From a virus (lineage: Duplodnaviria > Caudoviricetes), in IMG/VR virus record IMGVR_UViG_3300049058_000014, positions 1-36,005 of that record: 36,005 nucleotides of DNA, one strand, 5' to 3'. The notes under the pieces were generated by a model. It did not search any database. It had not been told where the DNA came from and saw only the letters and a program-made list of their open reading frames with translations. Below are positions 32,064 through 36,005 of the stretch, piece by piece. Position 1 is the first letter of the stretch, and every line of letters starts with the position of its first letter. A program made the translations under genes and the position numbers.

Positions 32064-34289
32064 CTACATTCGCTGCCTAGTTTTGTTCATCAACTGTGCG
32101 ATAGCTTGCATCATTTGAGGAGGCAATCCGCCACCAGGGGCGCTACCATTAGGTTGGCCTCCACCGGCAGCAGGATTACCGCCTCTAGCCGCAGGGTTGT
32201 CGCGTGCACCCCCGTACTTCGCTCCATCATCTGCAGCTCGCTGAGCCATTGGAGTGCGTCCTGGACCGCCTGCGTTGCCACCTGGTCCTTGTGCTCCCCC
32301 TGGAGGAGGTAGCATAGGTTGGGGTGCTGGAGGTACAGCTCCGACAGTGGGCATACTTACTCCCATCGCTCCTGGGTTAATCAGGAGCCTAGCAGGGTCC
32401 CACCCTAATGGCATCAAGACTTCTTCGAGAGTAGCTATTGGATTTAGCTGCTCGATGAAGCCAGGTAGGTAGCTTAGCAATTGTAGGATTTCCTTCAGTT
32501 CACCTATCTTTTGCTGTCTATCAATCATAATAGACATGCCGCGAACCTTAAAGTTGTAATCTCCAACCATTGTGGAGTAGCGTTCCGCAGGGGTCATTCC
32601 TTGTAAGATGCCCGAAAGATCCGGATAGTTCTCAACAAGCCGTGGTAGAGTATAGTTCTCCTGGAACTGATAGATAGTCCTCGCAACTTTGTCCAGCGTC
32701 GGCTCAATAACAGTAATTTCCAGGTTTCTAGCAGACTCGTCCAGTCCTTCAAGAGCAGCCGCCGTCTTAATATTAACCTCGCCAAGAGTTCTACCCTGCT
32801 GATTGCCTTGACCGGAAACCCACTCATTAACGTATGAGCCCTCCTGCATGTACTTCTCGTACAGTTGGATCATATTCATGGCCTCGGCAGGTACCTTACC
32901 TACGTCAACCGTCTGAACTAGCTGTTCGTTAGGTGCTACGGCGTTGCCACTCTTGCGGATGAAGGTTTTACCAGGGTAGACGCCCTGACGAGCCTCATTA
33001 GGGTCATCAAGTTGGTCTATATCGATGGCAAAGGCCTTCATGGCGTCATATAAGGCGCCATCGGCTATTAGATTCGCCATTTCAGTGATGGCTTCAGCTA
33101 TTTCAGCAACATCCTCAACCATACCTCTGTTGTAGGTGCTAAATGGAATAGTATAAGGAGTGCCAATAACGTAAGGATGTTCCTTATGATAGAATGGATT
33201 ATCATGAGGTGCTCTAATCATTATATCTTTGTTTGCTAGGGTGAAAGAGGCGTCACATTTCACTAGAACGCCCTGAGGAGTATAGATATCACCCCAGTAA
33301 TGGTATAGATCGACTAAGCGAAGGTACTGATTCGCCTGTGCGAGGCCCTCAACAGTCTGACGGGACGTATCGAGAGCAGTTTCGGTAGGTCCGCAAATCT
33401 GATCTCGTAGTCTTTTGACCGCAGCCTTATCGTACACTCCAATATCCGCAAGAGCCTCGATCTCCTGGAGGCTAGCTTGGGAGCGTTCGATGATACCCTT
33501 GCCGTTTGTTCCTGGGATAATCCATAGATTCCGAGGGTTGACAGCCACCACTCCGAGTTTTCCCTTGTAGTAGGGATCGAGACGGGATTTTTTCTCTTCC
33601 TGGAGGCTGGTTCCTGTTTGAAGGCCAAATTCATAGGTTGGAATCTCCTTAGATTCTGTATAGAGTGTAGGTTTGAAGTCCTTTACTCGCATCCACCAGA
33701 TTTTTAGCGCAGCTACGCTAGTTACCAGGCCAGTTTTGAAGGCCTGCATCATCTCATCTTGGATGTTAGCCTGGTCAAACCAGTAGTCAGTGAGCAGCAT
33801 AGTGTAGCGGCCCTTGGTTCTACCAAGTTTTGACTCGGCCTGGACACCATACCAGGGGTTCATCTTCAAGAGTGTCTTCCTAAACAGCGCTACAGCCCTA
33901 TCCACGGATGCGCGTACCTTAGGAATAGGCGCACGATGCTGCCACCAGGCCTTTGTAGACCAGTCGTACTGATTATTATACAGCCGCCAGCAATTATCCC
34001 AAATCAACTCACGAGGCCTGCGGTGTTCATCGGCGTAACTGAACATAGCCCCGAAGAAACGCTTGATTTCAGGCTCTTCTAAGTAGTCAATACCGACTTC
34101 CTTCTTACCATAGAAGGGCGGTCCTGACTCAGTGTCAGAGTAGCCAAGGACATAGGAGCCCTCACCAAGGGTGGCATCATCTTCCTGGCCATTATAAGAA
34201 GGTGCAGCGCCGCCTCGAGGAGTGTAACCCTTGTTACCAGCCTTAATTGTGGCGTAGCTATTAGGGTTATCTGGGATGATTGTAGCCAT
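32064..34289 (-). CDS. portal protein
   Basis: 741 aa after the terminase; NPFYH..PYV, YNRGMVE, VYPGK, RTLGEV motifs; P/G/Q-rich tail. Confidence 0.9.
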   Translation of the reverse strand: MATIIPDNPNSYATIKAGNKGYTPRGGAAPSYNGQEDDATLGEGSYVLGYSDTESGPPFYGKKEVGIDYLEEPEIKRFFGAMFSYADEHRRPRELIWDNCWRLYNNQYDWSTKAWWQHRAPIPKVRASVDRAVALFRKTLLKMNPWYGVQAESKLGRTKGRYTMLLTDYWFDQANIQDEMMQAFKTGLVTSVAALKIWWMRVKDFKPTLYTESKEIPTYEFGLQTGTSLQEEKKSRLDPYYKGKLGVVAVNPRNLWIIPGTNGKGIIERSQASLQEIEALADIGVYDKAAVKRLRDQICGPTETALDTSRQTVEGLAQANQYLRLVDLYHYWGDIYTPQGVLVKCDASFTLANKDIMIRAPHDNPFYHKEHPYVIGTPYTIPFSTYNRGMVEDVAEIAEAITEMANLIADGALYDAMKAFAIDIDQLDDPNEARQGVYPGKTFIRKSGNAVAPNEQLVQTVDVGKVPAEAMNMIQLYEKYMQEGSYVNEWVSGQGNQQGRTLGEVNIKTAAALEGLDESARNLEITVIEPTLDKVARTIYQFQENYTLPRLVENYPDLSGILQGMTPAERYSTMVGDYNFKVRGMSIMIDRQQKIGELKEILQLLSYLPGFIEQLNPIATLEEVLMPLGWDPARLLINPGAMGVSMPTVGAVPPAPQPMLPPPGGAQGPGGNAGGPGRTPMAQRAADDGAKYGGARDNPAARGGNPAAGGGQPNGSAPGGGLPPQMMQAIAQLMNKTRQRM

Positions 34290-35254
34290 TAACTAATGAT
34301 TCCTGGCCTTTCATATGGCGTCTGTGGCACCATTCCTTGAGGTCCGCGCCCAAACCTGGGCTCGATGATCTTAATAGGAGTGTCGGACACCATTTTGACT
34401 GAGCGGATCTTAGAACATAGATATTGCAGGCCGTCATGGATGTGAGAAAACAGATTTTTATCTGGTTTGGCTGATAACGTCCCGTTCTTATAAGGATAAT
34501 GGTAGCCACCACCGAATCCTTTTAGTAAAATCTCACATGAAGGGTCTATTAGACAGCAAGGAAGACCCTTTACATTCTCTTTTAGGAAGTCAATGACCGC
34601 ACTTCGCCTAGCCGCAGGGGCATTTGCCCCAAGATAAATCCTTTTGGCTCGCAAGGGTCGAGCAGAAAGAAGGTTGGTATAACTTCTTCCATCAGTTCCC
34701 GCCCTATTTCGGCCTGTAGGATCGACAAATTCAGCGAACTTGGCACCCGGAAACCATTCATGGCTAAGCCTATCGACTTCGTAGATAAATCTCTCAGTGT
34801 CAATATCCTCACCAATACACTCCCTTAGGACTATTAGACGAGAGTGTGGGAAGAGCTGGGCAAAGATACATGCTGGATAGAGTCCAAAGTCCCACCCACG
34901 CCCAACCACAAGCGCAGGGTTCCACCCAAGGGAGGTTCTACTTGTATGAAACTCATGACTGAACTCATCAACATAAACAGGGCGCCCGTCTAGCGCTTCC
35001 CACACTAACTCGTACTCGCGTAGCCAATCGGAAGTAGAAAGACCACTACGAGCCTTGGTAATCCAATCCTGACTGCGCTTTTCAGGGTCTGCAGTTCGAT
35101 GTAAGCGCAGGACCCTAAACTTGTTTATAGGGTTACGCCAGCCTTTCAGACCAGGTAATACTTCCTCAATATCACCGACTGAATCAGGTAACTCCTCCTT
35201 GATTGCTTCAAGGGCCTCAACTGTTTGAGGTATATCGAGGGCAGTTATCTTCAT
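34289..35254 (-). CDS. terL: terminase large subunit, C-terminal nuclease half only
   Basis: RNase H-like acidic motifs GWDFG, FVDPTG, SHIHDGLQY; no Walker A/B; directly upstream of the portal. Confidence 0.85.
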   Translation of the reverse strand: MKITALDIPQTVEALEAIKEELPDSVGDIEEVLPGLKGWRNPINKFRVLRLHRTADPEKRSQDWITKARSGLSTSDWLREYELVWEALDGRPVYVDEFSHEFHTSRTSLGWNPALVVGRGWDFGLYPACIFAQLFPHSRLIVLRECIGEDIDTERFIYEVDRLSHEWFPGAKFAEFVDPTGRNRAGTDGRSYTNLLSARPLRAKRIYLGANAPAARRSAVIDFLKENVKGLPCCLIDPSCEILLKGFGGGYHYPYKNGTLSAKPDKNLFSHIHDGLQYLCSKIRSVKMVSDTPIKIIEPRFGRGPQGMVPQTPYERPGIIS

Positions 35255-35922
35255 ATTATTACGCCTGCCGACTGACTTTTAGCTCTCGCCGTCACTGCAG
35301 GTCGTACAGCAACTGTATTTGCCAGCCATATGGCAGCAGCTACACCTTCCAATGTCCAGTTACCGGGATTCTCAGATGCTGCATTGCGTTCCCTGCCAAC
35401 TACACCACCAGTGTAACGGTTAGTAGTAACATCTGTTAGCTTACTTTTATCGTAGCTACTTGGCTCAGTAAATGTAGGAACACCGGCCGTAGTATGGATG
35501 AATGAAGAAATCCATAATGTATCAGCTGCACCCCAGCTAGGAGTTAGCGAAGGTGAGTCTGGTGTTAAGCTATTACCATTTGCTACTGAGCCTACCTCTG
35601 GTGGTGTAACTCCATGCCAGTCAGTAATTCTATAGACAAAACCACTATGCCTTGGTCCGCCAGCTGGTAGTGTAACAGTAACTGTTGTACCATCACTAAC
35701 GCCATCAGCTATACGGTAGGCATGGGAGAGGAGTATATCAGTTAGGAAATCATCTGATATCTCAGTCCATCCTGCAGGCCATGTTACCCCTGCCCCACTA
35801 GGGCCAGTTAGCAAGGTAGCTATAAGTAGATTACCGGCTGCAATGTTAGCTGGTAAGTTTAAGAGGCCAGCTGCAACGCCGAATCCAGCAACGCCAGTGG
35901 CTGCTATTTGTGGAAATGCCAT
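35251..35922 (-). CDS. virion-associated beta-rich (adhesin-like) protein
   Basis: LP..IAAGNLLI...TWPAGWT...YRIADG...SPSLTP pattern; A/G/T-rich. Confidence 0.65.
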   Translation of the reverse strand: MAFPQIAATGVAGFGVAAGLLNLPANIAAGNLLIATLLTGPSGAGVTWPAGWTEISDDFLTDILLSHAYRIADGVSDGTTVTVTLPAGGPRHSGFVYRITDWHGVTPPEVGSVANGNSLTPDSPSLTPSWGAADTLWISSFIHTTAGVPTFTEPSSYDKSKLTDVTTNRYTGGVVGRERNAASENPGNWTLEGVAAAIWLANTVAVRPAVTARAKSQSAGVII

Positions 35923-35943
35923 GTTAGTTAGTTAAGTAACCTA

Positions 35944-36005
35944 CTAAGTTCTCTTGTATTCCAAAGCTAAAGTTACACGCTGTGTAGTAGTGACACTATC
36001 CACAT
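35944..36005 (-). CDS. 3' end of a gene truncated by the window edge
   Basis: ...VDSVTTTQRVTLALEYKRT* followed by a second TAG; looks like a structural beta-sandwich terminus. Confidence 0.5.
   Translation of the reverse strand, partial: VDSVTTTQRVTLALEYKRT

Noticed and set aside
35130-35254. Split-intein C-fragment at the start of the TerL nuclease (MKIT...VGDIEEV)
   Set aside because: Lacks the terminal His-Asn followed by Cys/Ser/Thr; the resemblance is superficial.
1-36005. Stop-codon reassignment, tRNAs, integrase/att, reverse-transcriptase systems
   Set aside because: Genes are full length in the standard code and use all three stops; no cloverleaf, recombinase or RT motifs were recognised.

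Overview
The window is most of a tailed dsDNA phage genome with podovirus-like architecture, arranged as two convergent arms that meet at about 12.7 kb. The + strand arm (1-12.76 kb) is early/replication: small regulators, a PD-(D/E)xK nuclease, an AAA_24/Sak4-like ATPase, a Tad1-family anti-defence sponge, an SSB-like protein, a ParB-DNA methyltransferase fusion, a UDG-fused family A DNA polymerase, a lysozyme-like protein, a DUF3987-like AAA+ helicase and a MazG-like protein. The - strand arm (36.0-12.68 kb) is morphogenesis: a nuclease-only terminase large subunit, portal, scaffold, major capsid, decoration proteins, a glycosyltransferase, adaptor, nozzle, two tail fibres and four probable ejection proteins. 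The best candidates for new biology are (1) a ~245-nt highly paired, probably pseudoknotted intergenic RNA at 4390-4634, (2) a terminase large subunit gene with no ATPase half, separated from any such half by unrelated genes, and (3) a replisome with no visible primase, built on a UDG-PolA with an atypical motif B. No tRNA, rRNA, CRISPR array, integrase, RNA polymerase or primase was recognised. All family calls are by-eye motif recognition, not database searches.
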